A stretch of 64,000 nucleotides of DNA from Haliotis cracherodii. Lineage: Eukaryota. Below the pieces are notes generated by a model. That model saw only the letters and a program-made list of their open reading frames with translations. It was not told the origin of the DNA and did not search any database. Below, one piece after another: positions 24,113 through 37,456 of this stretch (the first letter of the stretch is position 1; every line of letters starts with the position of its first letter). The position numbers and the translations under genes were made by a program. Where the stretch lies: NCBI RefSeq assembly GCF_022045235.1, contig NW_027266275.1, positions 37,076,001 through 37,140,000 of the forward strand. Reading direction: 5' to 3'.

Positions 24113-24361
24113 AACCCGTGAAGATCCGGGGTAGAATAGGTTTGCCGTAAAAGGCGACTGTGCTTGTCGTAAGAGGCGATTAACGGGATAGGGTGGTCAG
24201 GCTCACTGACTTGGTTGATGCATTTCATTGTATCCCAATTGCTAGGATCGATGCTCATGATACGAATCACTGGATTGTCTGGTCCAGACTCGATTATTTA
24301 CAGACCGCTGTCATATAGCTGGAATTTTGCTGAGATCGGCGTTAAACATCAAACGACCGAA
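24113..24361 (+). mobile_element. Full-length SINE family B with 13-bp TSD (internal deletion in head)
   Basis: CTATTATC(A/C)TGGA at 24100-24112 and 24362-24374; begins AACCCGTGAAGATCCGGGGTAGAATAGG. Confidence 0.9.
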
Positions 24362-25284
24362 CTATTATCCTGGAGCGCTTCCCCATGCTGGTAATATATG
24401 TTCAAGACATGAAGCCGTTGTCAACATCGTGGTCAAGGTAAAAAAAAAACTATCTGAAAAATAAAAATAAAAACGATGTATATGTTTAAAACTCTATATT
24501 GTATTTTAAATATCTTCCAAATGTCAGCCTGTGGTCCTGTCAACAAATACCTCTGCCTCTGAACAGAACAAAGTCTCGTGTACACCGTGCGTTCTTTATA
24601 ACTCGGCCAGTATACTCGCAATCAGATCACCCTCTCTAATACCCCTAAATCTCTCTTAAATCATATCCATTTTTCCACTGACAACACTTATACCCAGTCT
24701 TAGAGAAACAAAGCCCAACCCCAGCGTCCCGCCTACGCCCTCCCCCACCCTCATTCAAGATGGCCGCGCCACCCCAGTGACCCCTCCTCCGCCCCTTCTC
24801 TAATCTAAGCTCCACGCCGTTCCTGTTATCTAAACTCTACGCAGCGTTTCTGTTATTTATCAAGGGAGACAATCAATCATTTGATTAATTACAACGTTTT
24901 GTCACTGGATCTACCATCACAGAGAAATAATGGTCCCAAGGCGAGCCGTTTCCGTAATCTGTTTAATTCCACATTCGGGTCTGTGACGAACGGGGTTGTC
25001 TGACGCCCGTTGTTAGATTGTCGCTTCTCTTCATCAGGTCAAACTGAATCCTTTAATAGTATTACCCACATCAGGCTTGTTTTTTACCTTATGATTACGT
25101 CAATGCTCTCCAGATGATGTATTACGACTAATTTATAATGATATATTTTTTGGTTTTCGGTGATAATTGATATGCCAGAAATCTTAATACTCCTTGGGCA
25201 AGTTTTACATATATGTATCCATGTGTTAAATCTATAACATAGAGGATTACTCGATGGATATGTAATAGATACTCAAAGAATAAA

Positions 25285-25522
25285 GACTGCCTCCGTGGTC
25301 TAGTGGTAGAGCGTCCGCCCGGAGAGCGTCATACCAAAAGACGTTAAAAGAAGGTACTTGTTGTTACCCTGTCTGGCGCTCGGCATTAAGGGGGTAAAAC
25401 AAGGACTGGTCGGCTTGGAGTCAGTAAACTGTGTCTGAGTGGGGTATTCATGTTAAACTGCGGCATGGTATCTCAGTGGGCTAGCACTATAAATCGGCAT
25501 CAGTCCGGCCTAGTACAAGCAG

Positions 25523-25558
<36 letters not shown>

Positions 25559-25622
25559 ACATGCACGTCGCTATATAAGTGCAATAATCTTGGACGCGAC
25601 GTTAAACCCCATTTCACCTCAC
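25285..25622 (+). mobile_element. SINE family D (MetaSINE-like), B box deleted, internal (CA)n
   Basis: Matches 11077 copy; TSD CTCAAAGAATA at 25272-25282 and 25623-25633. Confidence 0.85.
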
Positions 25623-27840
25623 CTCAAAGAATATATGAAGGGTTACATGAGCAATATAAACTATACACATCGCGGGTTACACGAAGGATATATAATACAT
25701 TGTATTTACATAAAGTGAAGATAAACGCTTATAAAGCGAGGGTTACTAGTACATAATATATACATGTAGGATATATAAAAAGTTACATAATGGATGTATG
25801 GAGAATAAAACAGAATACATATTAAAACATAACAAATACAAACTAACTAAGTTACCTAATGTACCTAATGGACGCACGCACATCCTTCCCCGGAAACCCC
25901 TTGAGTACCATAATTTTGGGGAACCTTTATTAATAAAATAGACATTTCTACCTGCGTATGATTCTCTAGTTCGGAAAAGTTTCAATTCGGACTGGTAACG
26001 ATTTTTTCAGGTACACTGTGTATTCATATTGTTCTCACTGTTCTCAAAGGTGACTTATACAAGTCGCGTTCTACATCTCAACAGAACAATTGCAAAAAGT
26101 TTGGTTACCTATTAAATTATGGAAACCCTGTGGGCCCAAAACCGTCCTTCCCACAACGTGGCCTTAGTATTATCATGTGACTGATTTCAGGCAAACTGTA
26201 GAGAATGTTTGGTACAAGGTACATGATGTTACAACCCTGAGATTACAAACTGCTGCCAAAGACACAGAACTGTGTTAACAGTTTTCATTATTATTGCTCA
26301 AACTCATCATCAGAGCTAAGATTCGTTAACCCGGACATTTATGAAACCGGGCGTTTTCAATGTTTGGGGACCTTCCGAATTAAAGAGGTTTCACTGTATA
26401 CGCAAACATACTTCATTTTAGAAGACATGCTTAACACAAACAGAGTCAACATACTGCCTTGATAAGATGAGTAACAAATTCAAACATTTTTGCAACATGA
26501 AGATGTGTTTCGTTTAATTTAGGAACGTTCATTTCATAACACTCCAAGAATGTTGGGTTTTTGTTGCTTGTGTTAAGAACCTTAAATTATTTGATTTGAT
26601 GCGTTTGAATCGTCGGCAATAACAACCTTGAACCATACCGGGCACGTGCCTGATTTTGGTGGAACCCTCATTTAATGGCATTAACCAATAGGCATACACC
26701 AGTAACGTGCAAGTGCGGGGACCTCGGATGTTTGTGATAAAACTCCATCGAGAATAGTCTCATTAGGACAATAGAATGCAAAGTGTTTAATTAAAGCCAC
26801 GACATCAAGAATTATAGGGCTGAGGGGAAACCTGCGATTAACCTGGTACAAGTGAATTATCGTTGTTGGTCGTGTCTGTTGCGCATGCGCGAGCGAGACA
26901 GTGCAATTCCGTGGCAGATGGCACGGGGCCTGCAAAGAATAAAGCCTGAATTGGACAGGTTGCTGACTCCGGCCCGGGGGTGGGGAGATGGGGAGGGGCA
27001 GTGAAGCTGGTATTGTGAAGTGGAATATCAAAGGAAGATAACGGTTTACAACGGGATGACGGACCTCTTAGTTTTCACTTTAATCAAATCGCAGTTATCA
27101 AGTGATGGGCGATTTAATTGAATAAATCATTATATTGTGGGTATGCACGAAAGGCCGCTGACTGGTGGTGATTGTTTACACATAAAATTGGCAATCGATA
27201 AAATAAAATGATAAGGCACTCGAGGAAATTTGTACTCACGCAAGCGAAGGAGCTGTTTGCTCGCAGCATGTAAGATGACATTTAATGCGGAGTTATAGCG
27301 CCAGACGCTATCTTACAGCAACAACGTAAACTATTTTTACCTGTTTCACGGATTGGGATTTGTGTAAGTTGTGTGTCTTTCCTGGACAATGCGTACTGTC
27401 AGTTGTCTGTGTTTCATGTTAAGGTACCATGTTGTATCATCCCTGTACCACCATTTATCCTCATGTTATTAAAAGTACCAATATGTACCATGTTGTACCA
27501 GCATGTATTACCACACCATTGTACCACCTTGTACCACAATGTACTTCCACGTACCAATTCTAACCACCATGTTCGTTTTGTATGTCATGTGTAATTAGAT
27601 ACAGCAAGGAACTACCAAATAACATCAAGGACTTGTGCCATTATATAGCACCATGAACCACCATACACTTCAAGTACCACGATGTATAATTTTGTATAAC
27701 CATCCTTGTCCCCAACTTTACTTCAACTTACCAGCTTGTACCACCATGTCCCTTCGTACAATAAAGTATCATAATGTACCACAAAGAACGGGTAATTACC
27801 CAAACCCTCCATGAACCATCTTGTACCACCATGTATTATG

Positions 27841-28700
27841 CACTACCAAGTGCCATCATGCACCACCAAGTAAAACTATGCACCACCAAGTAACACTATG
27901 TACCACCAAGTGCCATCATGCACCACCAAGTAACACTATGTACCACCAAGTAACACTATGTACCACCAAGTGCCATCATGCACCACCAAGTAACACTATG
28001 TACCACCAAGTAACACTATGTACCACCAAGTACCATCATGCACCACCAAGTAACACTATGTACCACCATGTACCATCATGCACCACCAAGTACCATCATG
28101 CACCACCAAGTGCCTTCATGCACCACCAAGTACCATCATGCACCAGCAAGTAACACTATGCACCACCAAGTACCATCATGCACCACCAAGTACCATCATG
28201 CACCACCAAGTAACACTATGTACCACCAAGTACCATCATGCACCACCAAGTACCATCATGCACCACCAAGTCCCTTTATGCACCACCAAGTACCATCATG
28301 CACCAAAAAGTACCATCATGCACCACCAAGTAACACTATGCACCACCAAGTACCATCATGCACCACCAAGTAACACTATGCACCACCAAGTACCATCATG
28401 CACCACCAAGTACCATCATGCACCACCAAGTCCCTTTATGCACCACCAAGTACCATCATGCACCAAAAAGTACCATCATGCACCACCAAGTAACACTATG
28501 CACCACCAAGTACCATCATGCACCACCAAGTACCATCATGCACCACCAAGTCCCTTTATGCACCACCAAGTACCATCATGCACCAAAAAGTACCATCATG
28601 CACCACCAAGTAACACTATGCACCACCAAGTACCATCATGCACCACCAAGTAACACTATGCACCACCAAGTACCATCATGCACCACCAAGTACAATCATG
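27841..28700. repeat. 20-bp minisatellite CACCACCAAGTACCATCATG, 43 units, with higher-order structure
   Basis: Exact 20-bp phase over 860 bp; decayed GTACCACCA-type relics upstream from ~27420. Confidence 0.97.
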
Positions 28701-29006
28701 AACACTGTCATAAGAAATGGATGATGCTGTTCGTTGGCACGGTTCAAGTATACTCACTCACAATAGATACAATGGGCATGCCTGTCAAAAACGTTTTCGC
28801 ACTTAATATAGAAAGCAAACACTAAATGCATTCAAATGATTAGCGACACGTCATAAAGAGGACATTTTAAATAAACTGACACAGTTATACATTGTATAGA
28901 TAGACTACGTATGTCAGTATTAGATGGATGTCATAGCAGGTCACCACTAAGTATCGTCTGTACATAACGCGTCGTCGTTGTAGACAAATAGTTTCGCCAA
29001 CCAAGC

Positions 29007-29415
29007 AACATTTATGTTTCTTGAAAAAAGACTATGCCTTTTAGAACTTGTATGTTTCTTGAATAGACAATGCCTTTTCGAACATATATGTTTCTTGAAA
29101 TGACAATGCCTCACAGAACATATATGTTTCTTGAATAGACAATGTCTTTCAGAACATATATGTTTCTTGAATAGACAATGCCTTTTAGAACATATATGTT
29201 TCTTGAAATGATAATGCCTTACAGGACATATATATTTCTTGAAAAGTCAATGCATTTTGGAACATATGTTTCTTGAAAAGACAATGCCTTTTAAAACTTG
29301 TATGTTTCTTGAATAGACAATGTCTTTCAGAACATATTTGTTTCTTGAGCAGGCAATGCCTGTTAGAACATATACGTTACTTGAAAAGACAATGCCTTTC
29401 AGAACGTTATGTTTC
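29007..29415. repeat. 36-bp minisatellite (GAACATATATGTTTCTTGAATAGACAATGCCTTTTA-like), about 11 units
   Basis: GAAC starts at 29044, 29080, 29116, 29152 (36-bp period). Confidence 0.9.
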
Positions 29416-31241
29416 TGGCGAATACTCAGGTGCTTGCACGAATACATCCAAACGTATCAATGATGGTTTTCCGAAAATAAATCTAAACTGGTGTTTTGCA
29501 TCATGTAATTACTTATAACTATCTTTTAAAAAACACCTCAGCTCTGACACCGAACTGTAGGTCGACAAAAAAACACTATAAACTAAGGAACATATATGAC
29601 TCTGCGCTAATGTAGGTCTTTTCGCAAAACGATCCAACATTAATAATGTTTAGCTGACATTTATGTGTTTACATGATGTAATTATCTGATAGAACGATCT
29701 TTGAACAGCTTATCGCTAACACTGCAAAGTCTGCATCTATCGTGTACAATACCCCTCGTCGTTACGCCAAGCTTGCCCTATGCAACAAGATCTACAAGCT
29801 GGTGATCCTGAGCAATGAACCATACGTTAATCTGCAGGCAAAAGATGTCTCCATGAAAGGATGGCAGGTGTCCGTCTCCAGATTAAATACCCATCAAGAC
29901 ATTTATTTCTGCACCATGGAGACACACACACACGTGAACAGGCAATTCTAATATGCATGATGCGATTTTGATAGAAAGGAGTGACATGCCTTATATAGCC
30001 TAGGTCGGTTTTACGAGAATAATTATTTAGTGAAGTAGGTTCGAGATTTAAGGTAACAAAATGGAACGTGTGTGTTGACAACGGCGTTGCGTGTTGCTGC
30101 AGTCGCGGCCTGCATGTACCTGGCTATTAAAAACACCTTTCAATCCCGTTTTCCGTCAGTGCAGTCTCGATGGGGTAACACTATAGAATTAATTGCACTT
30201 TAACTCTGGCAGAGTTTCCGATGTGGCGACACGTGATGTCGTTGTCGACAACGTATAAGCGGATATGATTAGTGTTGTAAATTAATCTCAATCATTTTTG
30301 AAAGAAAAAGGAATCTGATCGTGTACAAACGATGATACTATGGCGCAGTGGTAATCATGGAAGGAACAAGTTAGGGAGATGCGTGGATGTATCGCCACAC
30401 ATAGGCCGCAGGTGGCACAGGTAACTAGACCCCAACATACACAGCCACACCAATAAAACACCGGCGCTGATAGATTGAACTGCAAGGGACGCCAATCAGT
30501 ACATTTGTGAATAATTAGCTATAATGTCAGTGGTGGGTATGTGGGTGGGAGATGCGGGTGGGGGCCAGGGGGTGTTATGTTCACCCTCATCGTCCATGCT
30601 TCCGTATTCTCTTTCCACACATCTTTGAAATACTTCATTGAATATTTCAGGACGGGAGATGATCTTGTGCGTATTGTGAGAAGTCTTGTTAGGGGTCAAG
30701 GCGACAGCTGAAAATAACGTTCATTTTTACCCTCACGTTTTGTCACTCTTAACATTATGGGAAGATGGATGACTTTGTCAGGAGGGGCGCACAACAGAAC
30801 TGTCATAATTGGTGTCCGATTCATACAAATTCGTTTCACCATATCTGAGGGTATATTGTCGCTACAGTGAATAGAAGACTCTGTATATCTAATGAAATAT
30901 TGACACGCTTTTTCGTTCTAAGATTAACTCCTTTCATTTTACGTTTGTGAATTTGACATTTGTTTGTATGGCCATCCATATCACTATGATTGTTTCTCAT
31001 CTGCATAATCAGCTTCAGCGGGCGAGAGGGCGGATGTGCGGACAAGAAAAATATGAAAAAAATGAAAAATAATAAAAAATCTGCCTTTGATTGAAAATCA
31101 GCCGCTGAGTTTCTGTCTAAAGGTATATGCAACAATATTTCACAATACGATAGTTATTTTGTCATCTTCGCAGTGCAAGGTTTTCTGTGTCGCGCTGATA
31201 GTTATAAAGGCGGTAGGCGAAAAGACGTAAATTGAAGACAG

Positions 31242-31404
31242 TGAGTGAGCATGGTTTTACGCCTCTTTTAGCAATATTCCAGCAATATCATGCCGGAGGG
31301 ACACCAGAAATGGGCTTCAAACATTGTACCCGTGACGGGAATCGAACCCGGGTCTTCGGCGTGACGAGCGAACGCTTTAACCACAAGGCTTCCCGATCGC
31401 CCCC
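31242..31404 (-). mobile_element. Full-length SINE family C with TSD
   Basis: Matches 11820 copy; AAA(T/A)TGAAGACA at 31229-31241 and 31405-31417. Confidence 0.9.
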
Positions 31405-33560
31405 AAAATGAAGACAATAGGCCGAGTTAATTTCCTTCTTTGACTATAATTTCGATAAATATTCTAAATGGTTGTAAATATATATATATCAACTTGTTTT
31501 AATTCAACGGGCCGGTACTTTATGACAAGCAGGATTTGAGAACCGCACAAAAAATACAGTCGGCACAACATTTTTTACGTTGGAACCCACACTGTCAACT
31601 CAAACACTGGTCATGTTCAAACACTCGTCACATCACACGTGCGATCACGTGTTAGCGATTCGTCTTCTCCAAATACACACTTCCGTGCTATTTGATATCC
31701 ACTTGAAGGGAATTGAAGAAACTGATTAATTGTTTCTTTGACTTCTGTGGCGGCCATGTTGTTGTGAATTTCACCGATCAATCCATCAAACACTTGTCCG
31801 CACGTGGACGGAGCGCGCCGTCAATCATAATTCGGTCAATTAGAAATTAGTTGCATGTGTACATTTCGTTGGACAGCCGTCGGCCGCTTGACCAAACAGT
31901 GGACAGCGATTTGTGACAACCGGTCTCAATAAGGGAGGCTGGTTTATGTCCGTAACCATTTACCTGTGGATATTGTGTGATGCGGTTCTAAAGAAAACAC
32001 TGTTTGATGTCAACAGACCCTGATCGCCGCTTTGGGTTTGTTAGACATAAACTCATTTCTTTATCGACGGACACTGACCGCTCGTTCCATCTGTCACACT
32101 GACCAGGCACCCGCAACCTAAGAACAAGAACGCTACTCTCTTATACGGTGAACTGTTATTGTCTTGGCCCATTCATAAGAACGTTACTTGGACAATACTG
32201 GTGATAAGTAGACACTGGCAACTGTTCTTAATCGATGTGTAATTGTAAATCACTAGTATGTTGATTGATGTATGTGTTAATTTCTCTATGATCAAGGCAA
32301 CGAAATCAGGATGCCGGCTCATTGCTTTTAAGAACATACCTAATTTATCAATCACAAGGTCAAGCAATACGAACCGTATAAGACTCACTAGCTTCATTTC
32401 AGTGAATTAACAATGTCATTTGGGAAAATATATATGTATATTTTCAATTTGAATCTGGTCGGGTTCTGGCTGGCAAGTCCGCGTCACGACATTCTTACCT
32501 CCCACTTACCCATTATTTCATAAGAATCCTCTCAACAAATACCAGAACAATTGAGTTCGGACGATTGGCAGAACAATGGCGTACCAATGGCGGCACATGA
32601 TACCGTTTAGGCAATCTAAAATAATTATTTCCTTGTACTTTATGAAATTTATTGATACTCCTTGTTTAAACAGTACGTCACAAGTTACAAATCGGTAAAG
32701 CTGAAAATGTCAGTAAAACACATATATTCCTTAAATACACGAGGGGGTATGGCTGTCTAAACTATGCAAGCATAACAATCGAAATGTCAGTTTTGAACTT
32801 TGAATTTTGCTTTGTGGCAAATAACGCTATTCTATTAGCCGTGTTGCTGATTGTCCGAATTGTATGGATCTCATATCACAGGTCCGCACAGAAGGCTCGG
32901 TAAATATTGTTAAAAATAATAAACTAGGTATGAGCACTGACGCTCGGGTGGACGATGGACAAAGGCCGCGGGGAACGTTCTGGACGTGATCTGGCTGACC
33001 GAGGAGGGGGAGGTGTGGGGGCAAGGAGACGCCACGGGAGGGTCGAGGTATGAATGGAAAAATTATTCGAAAGTGATTAGGAATGGATCTGATTTCATTT
33101 TGTCTGTCGCCAAAAAGAATGAGAAGACAAATAGTAATCCTGCAGTGACAATATAAAAAACGCACTCGTGCCGCCATTGTTCTGCCAATCGTCCGAACTC
33201 GACGTGTTCTGGTATTTGTGGAAAGGATTCGAATAAAATAATGGGTAAGTGGGAGGTTCGAATGTCGTGACGCGGACCTGCGGGCCAGGGTAAACACTGG
33301 TGTCATACTATATGTTTGTGGTGGGGTGCTAAGTGTAATCTCCGAATAGGTAAACATTGGTTTAAATTGTTTACACCCGTGTGGGTCGACTGACCAGGAT
33401 ACAGTCAGGACAATGCAAATGTGGATGAAGATTTTGTTGTGTTATCTACTTTCGTTCCAGGTCATGGCTGAATAAACTCGCAATGCTTGTCCGCCTCTCA
33501 AAAAACAATTAATCTGTTTCTAGATCATATGACCAATGTGGGTAAGAACTGATTTATATA

Positions 33561-33707
33561 TGAGTGTTGGATCTACGCCGTTTCTAGCAATATTCCAGCA
33601 ATAACACAGCCAGAAATGGGCTTCACACAGTGTGCCCATGTGGGAAATCGAACGCGGGGTTTTGGTGTGACGAGCGAACGCTTTAACCACAAGACTACCC
33701 ATCGCCC
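33561..33707 (-). mobile_element. SINE family C
   Basis: CAGAAATGGGCTTCACACA...GTGACGAGCGAACGCTTTAACCAC as in 11820 copy. Confidence 0.8.
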
Positions 33708-35750
33708 TGATTTGTATATAGAGTGAGTTGCTATTCAAAACTGAATAGGAGTCCAGTACCACATGTATGTTGTAAGATGAGAATCGGGAGTTTGTGTCAT
33801 CAATCCAACGGCGTTGCTCATACCATCGACCTCCGGTTTCTCTTGTCAAGATTCAATTATTCACAGGTCGCCATGATACAGATGCAATATTCTGAATGGA
33901 CCACAAAATTCCATTCGTCTTTATTAAAAAAGGCACCCAGATCGCGACCAGGACGCCAATATATCGCGTCTCGGTCGCGAGCTAGTTTTGACTGGTAGTC
34001 TTGTCCCAGAAATAAAGTTATATTATTTAGATGTATATATCTACATAATAAAAAAATAAAATCCAAATGGAGACCAGAACAATCCTTAATTTCAGCTACT
34101 AGACTTGAGGCAATCTAGACTTGCCAAATCATTCTAGACTTAAGTTGGACTCCTTTTTCAATGTTAATCTCTCGGATCTGTGAGAGAGACAACTAGTAGT
34201 GCATCGTTACACGATCGCGAATGCTTCGCGCCGCGATCGAGATTGTTGGGTCTAAAACTTATTCGCAAGCGGGTATAATTCCCTTTCGTCTCAGGTCATG
34301 AGTGTGTCAATCTGATCTAAACATTATTGGTAACGTCCCATTATGTTGATGTGAAGATTACACCTTACGTCGTGGAATGTCCATAGAATTACACACGGCC
34401 CCGCCCCCCACCCTTACCAGTAATTATAGCTGGTATAGCTGCGCTGTACGACTTTCAAGCAGAAAAAAACATCCCCTGCCCAATACTGATACCGTATCAT
34501 TGAGTAAGGCTAATGACAGACACCCGTGTCCATACCCCGTCCGGTGCGACAATACAGCGGCACCGGCAATACTCCAGTAAAACTCACATTGTATGATCTG
34601 ACGACGTTTCCATTGTAACCTATGTCTTGGCGATCGCTTTGGCTTTCGCCCTCATGGTTACAGTGATCAAAGGTAGGGTACTTGGGGAGTCAGGGCTCTT
34701 GTCGTTGAGGGGCCGGGCTTTGTCCCACTGATCCCCAGACCGCCTGTATCTCAGCCTCTGTGTTAAACTGTAAAACCAGACTGGCCTACCCCTCCCTCAT
34801 CCTGCTGCGAACCGAATGGGCACGATCTGCTATCGTTTCTACTCTAACGGGAAAACGGAGGAAAAACTATTCCGCCTTTTTTGAGAAACCCGCAGAGAGA
34901 TTAATCTTAGTATCTCGAGGTGATTTGTGCTGGTGGCGACTATGAGGAAAGACAAAAGATCGTGCGTGTCTGTTGAGCACGTGCATCCATGCCCTTTGGT
35001 TGGCAAATTATCACCTTGAGTGAGCGAGAAACACAAGCACGACTCGGAACCTCAATTAAGAGGCCCTGGATGGTGTAAATTGGGCCTAGGTGGCGCAAAT
35101 CCTTGGAGGGCCTGAGGGGGAGGAAACACGTGTTTGGCTAGGGACCAACCCACCAGTAACACATCCCCATGCTAGACTCTCCGTTCGTCATTAAACTCAC
35201 TTTTTTTCTTTGTTTTGGAATGACTTAATTCCGTTGTTGGTGATACTCTTTGTTGGGGAACGCCACGGAAATCGAGATACAAACTACGTATTATACATCA
35301 TACCCGTTTTGACATTACCGGCTCCCAAATATTACCATATTGTTACGATGAACGGGGCAGGGTTGTAAATCTAGCTTATTGATTGACAGAGCTGACACCG
35401 GAGACTGTACGTGAATTGATAAGTGGGTTCCAGCTCTCAGTTTCCTTAAGCCCAGTCACGTGATATGAACGTAAATTATTACCGCACAGAATGTGACCTG
35501 CCAACAAAACATTAAGAAAATTGTTCTGAAACAGTACAGATGTTTCTTCGTCTGTGCGCCGCGCTCTTTGTGGCCCGAGGGGTAGCCAAGCGGATAAAGC
35601 GTTTGCTCCTCATACCGAAGACTCGGGTTCGATTCCCCACGATGAGTGAAGTCCGTTGTATTTATGATCATGACAGGAATCGAACTGGGTCTACCGTGTG
35701 ACGAAACTACGCTTTAACCACTTGGCTATCCCAGCGTCTCATTACTCACA

Positions 35751-36016
35751 TGACCCGTGAAGATCCGGGGTAGAAAAGGTCTTCAGCAATCCATGCTTGC
35801 CGTAAAAGGCGACTATGCTTGTCGTAGGAGGCGACAAACGGGATCGGGTGGTCAGTCTCGCTGACTTGGTTGATGCATGTCATCGATCCCAATTGAATAG
35901 ATCGATGCTCATGATATTAATCACTGGATTGTCTGGTCCAGACTCGATTATTTACAGACCGCCGTCATATAGCTGGATTATTGCTCAATGCGGCGTTAAA
36001 CAATAAACCAACCAAC
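35751..36016 (+). mobile_element. Full-length SINE family B with 11-bp TSD
   Basis: CATTACTCACA at 35740-35750 and 36017-36027; head CCCGTGAAGATCCGGGGTAG at 35754; no Pol III A/B boxes; (ACCA)n tail. Confidence 0.92.
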
Positions 36017-36451
36017 CATTACTCACAGATGTAAACATGCAGATTATACTTGATACGAAGTATACTTGATACGAAGTATAAGTGATTGGGACATAAACGT
36101 CGCGTCGACAATATTTCCATGTGTATATATCTAGTTTTAATACATTCGTGACACTATTAATATCTGAAAGGACAATATAAAACGTTTCTACCCAAATATA
36201 AATAATGAATTGTAAAAATGCCAATTCAAAAACTTCTCACTCAAACATACATAATGAACTGTAAAAATGTTTTTCGCATTATATAATTTGCACGATTGCA
36301 TATTTGAATAAAACAGATGTGTATTTGGTTAGACCACACAGATGCGTATTTGATTACAACACACAGATGCGAATGTGATTACATTACGCTAAGGCGTATT
36401 TGATTGCACCACACAGGCGTATATTGACACAGGAGCTTGTTTATACCAGAT

Positions 36452-36700
36452 GGGGACACAGGTGGCCCAGTCGTCTAAGGCGCCGCGATTCGCTGTGCAG
36501 AGTTGCGCCCCTTGGGCACGCCAGAAACCTATGATTGTGTTTCTGGGTTTGTCAGCACCATGCCCGTGCTCGTGGATTTCACTGAAGTGGTAAACGTCTG
36601 AGACCTGCATCACTTCGGGCTTTCATCCCACATTAAGCTGACACGCCTTGATATGACTGGAATACTGTTAAAAGCGGCCTTAAACCCATCTCACTCACTC
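36452..36700 (+). mobile_element. SINE family A with B box deleted
   Basis: Matches 22686 copy except for loss of the GGGTTCGAA...ATTAT segment. Confidence 0.85.
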
Positions 36701-36936
36701 GGATGATAGACAGCTCGTCCTGAGTGGAGAATAACCCCATGAGAACCAAGATGACAATGGGTCCCCAACACTATAATGCTTGTCTTTATTGTCGAATAGA
36801 TTGTATTGGGTAACCAGGTTCTGTCGATTGCGTGTCATCGCGTGTCAACTGTTTAAGACGTTGCACGCACTATCAACCACAGGCCCAAACTCGATTATTT
36901 ACCGTCTGCTGTGATATAGCTGAGATATCGCTGGGC

Positions 36937-37188
36937 TCGTGAACATCCGAGGTAGATTAGGTCTTCAGCAACCCATGCTTGTCGTAAAAGGTTACTACGC
37001 TCGTCGTAAGAGGCGACTAACGGATCGGGATCGCTTAGTTGGGTGATTCATGTCATCGTGTCCTAATTGTGTGGATCGATGCTCGTGATATCAATCACTG
37101 GGGTGTCTGGTCCAGACTCGGTTATTTACAAGCCGCCGTCATATCGCTGGACGATTGCGGAGAGCGGCGTTAAACAACAAACAAACAA
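36937..37188 (+). mobile_element. SINE family B, preceded by a more decayed B fragment (~36800-36935)
   Basis: CTCGTGAACATCCGAGGTAGATTAGGTCTTCAGCAACCC...GTCGTAAGAGGCGACTAA...GCGGCGTTAAACAACAAAC. Confidence 0.85.
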
Positions 37189-37285
37189 GACATCGCTGAC
37201 TGCGACGTAAAACAACAAACATATAATGAATAATGCAAGTTAGGTGTATGCATCAAGCTAAAACATGCATACCACAGCAACCATC

Positions 37286-37400
37286 CGGGCGGTGGGATAA
37301 CCCAGTGGTTAAAGCGTTCCCTCGTCAAGACCCGGGTTCGAATCCCAAAATTGGTACCCCCTCCCACACACACACACACACACAAACCATACTCACTCAC
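37286..37400 (+). mobile_element. SINE family C head with internal deletion and (CA)n
   Basis: GGGCGGTGGGATAACCCAGTGGTTAAAGCG...CTCGTCAAGACCCGGGTTCGAATCCC. Confidence 0.7.
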
Positions 37401-37456
37401 AGTAACCATCATAGAATGCATGTATATGTCCTTTCAATATTAAATCACATTACTAG

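Noticed and set aside
26320-26400. pogo/Tigger-like TIR GAGGTTTCACTG-TA (similar end at ~14543)
   Set aside because: No matching partner end identified nearby, so element limits cannot be set.
27821-28825. His/Pro/Thr-rich ORFs up to 191 aa
   Set aside because: Translations of the 20-bp minisatellite cycling through all three frames; no gene context.
27841-29415. CRISPR-like arrays
   Set aside because: Repeats are contiguous with no unique spacers, no cas genes, eukaryotic context.
32827-33357. 176-aa minus-strand ORF
   Set aside because: No recognisable motif or codon bias; lies in a regulatory-looking block.
35754-35845. Canonical HDV-like ribozyme assignment for the family B head
   Set aside because: CUAA junction fits, but there is no 5' P1 strand ahead of the closing stem and the stem-loop in the P3 position is much larger than HDV P3/L3; kept only as an unclassified candidate.
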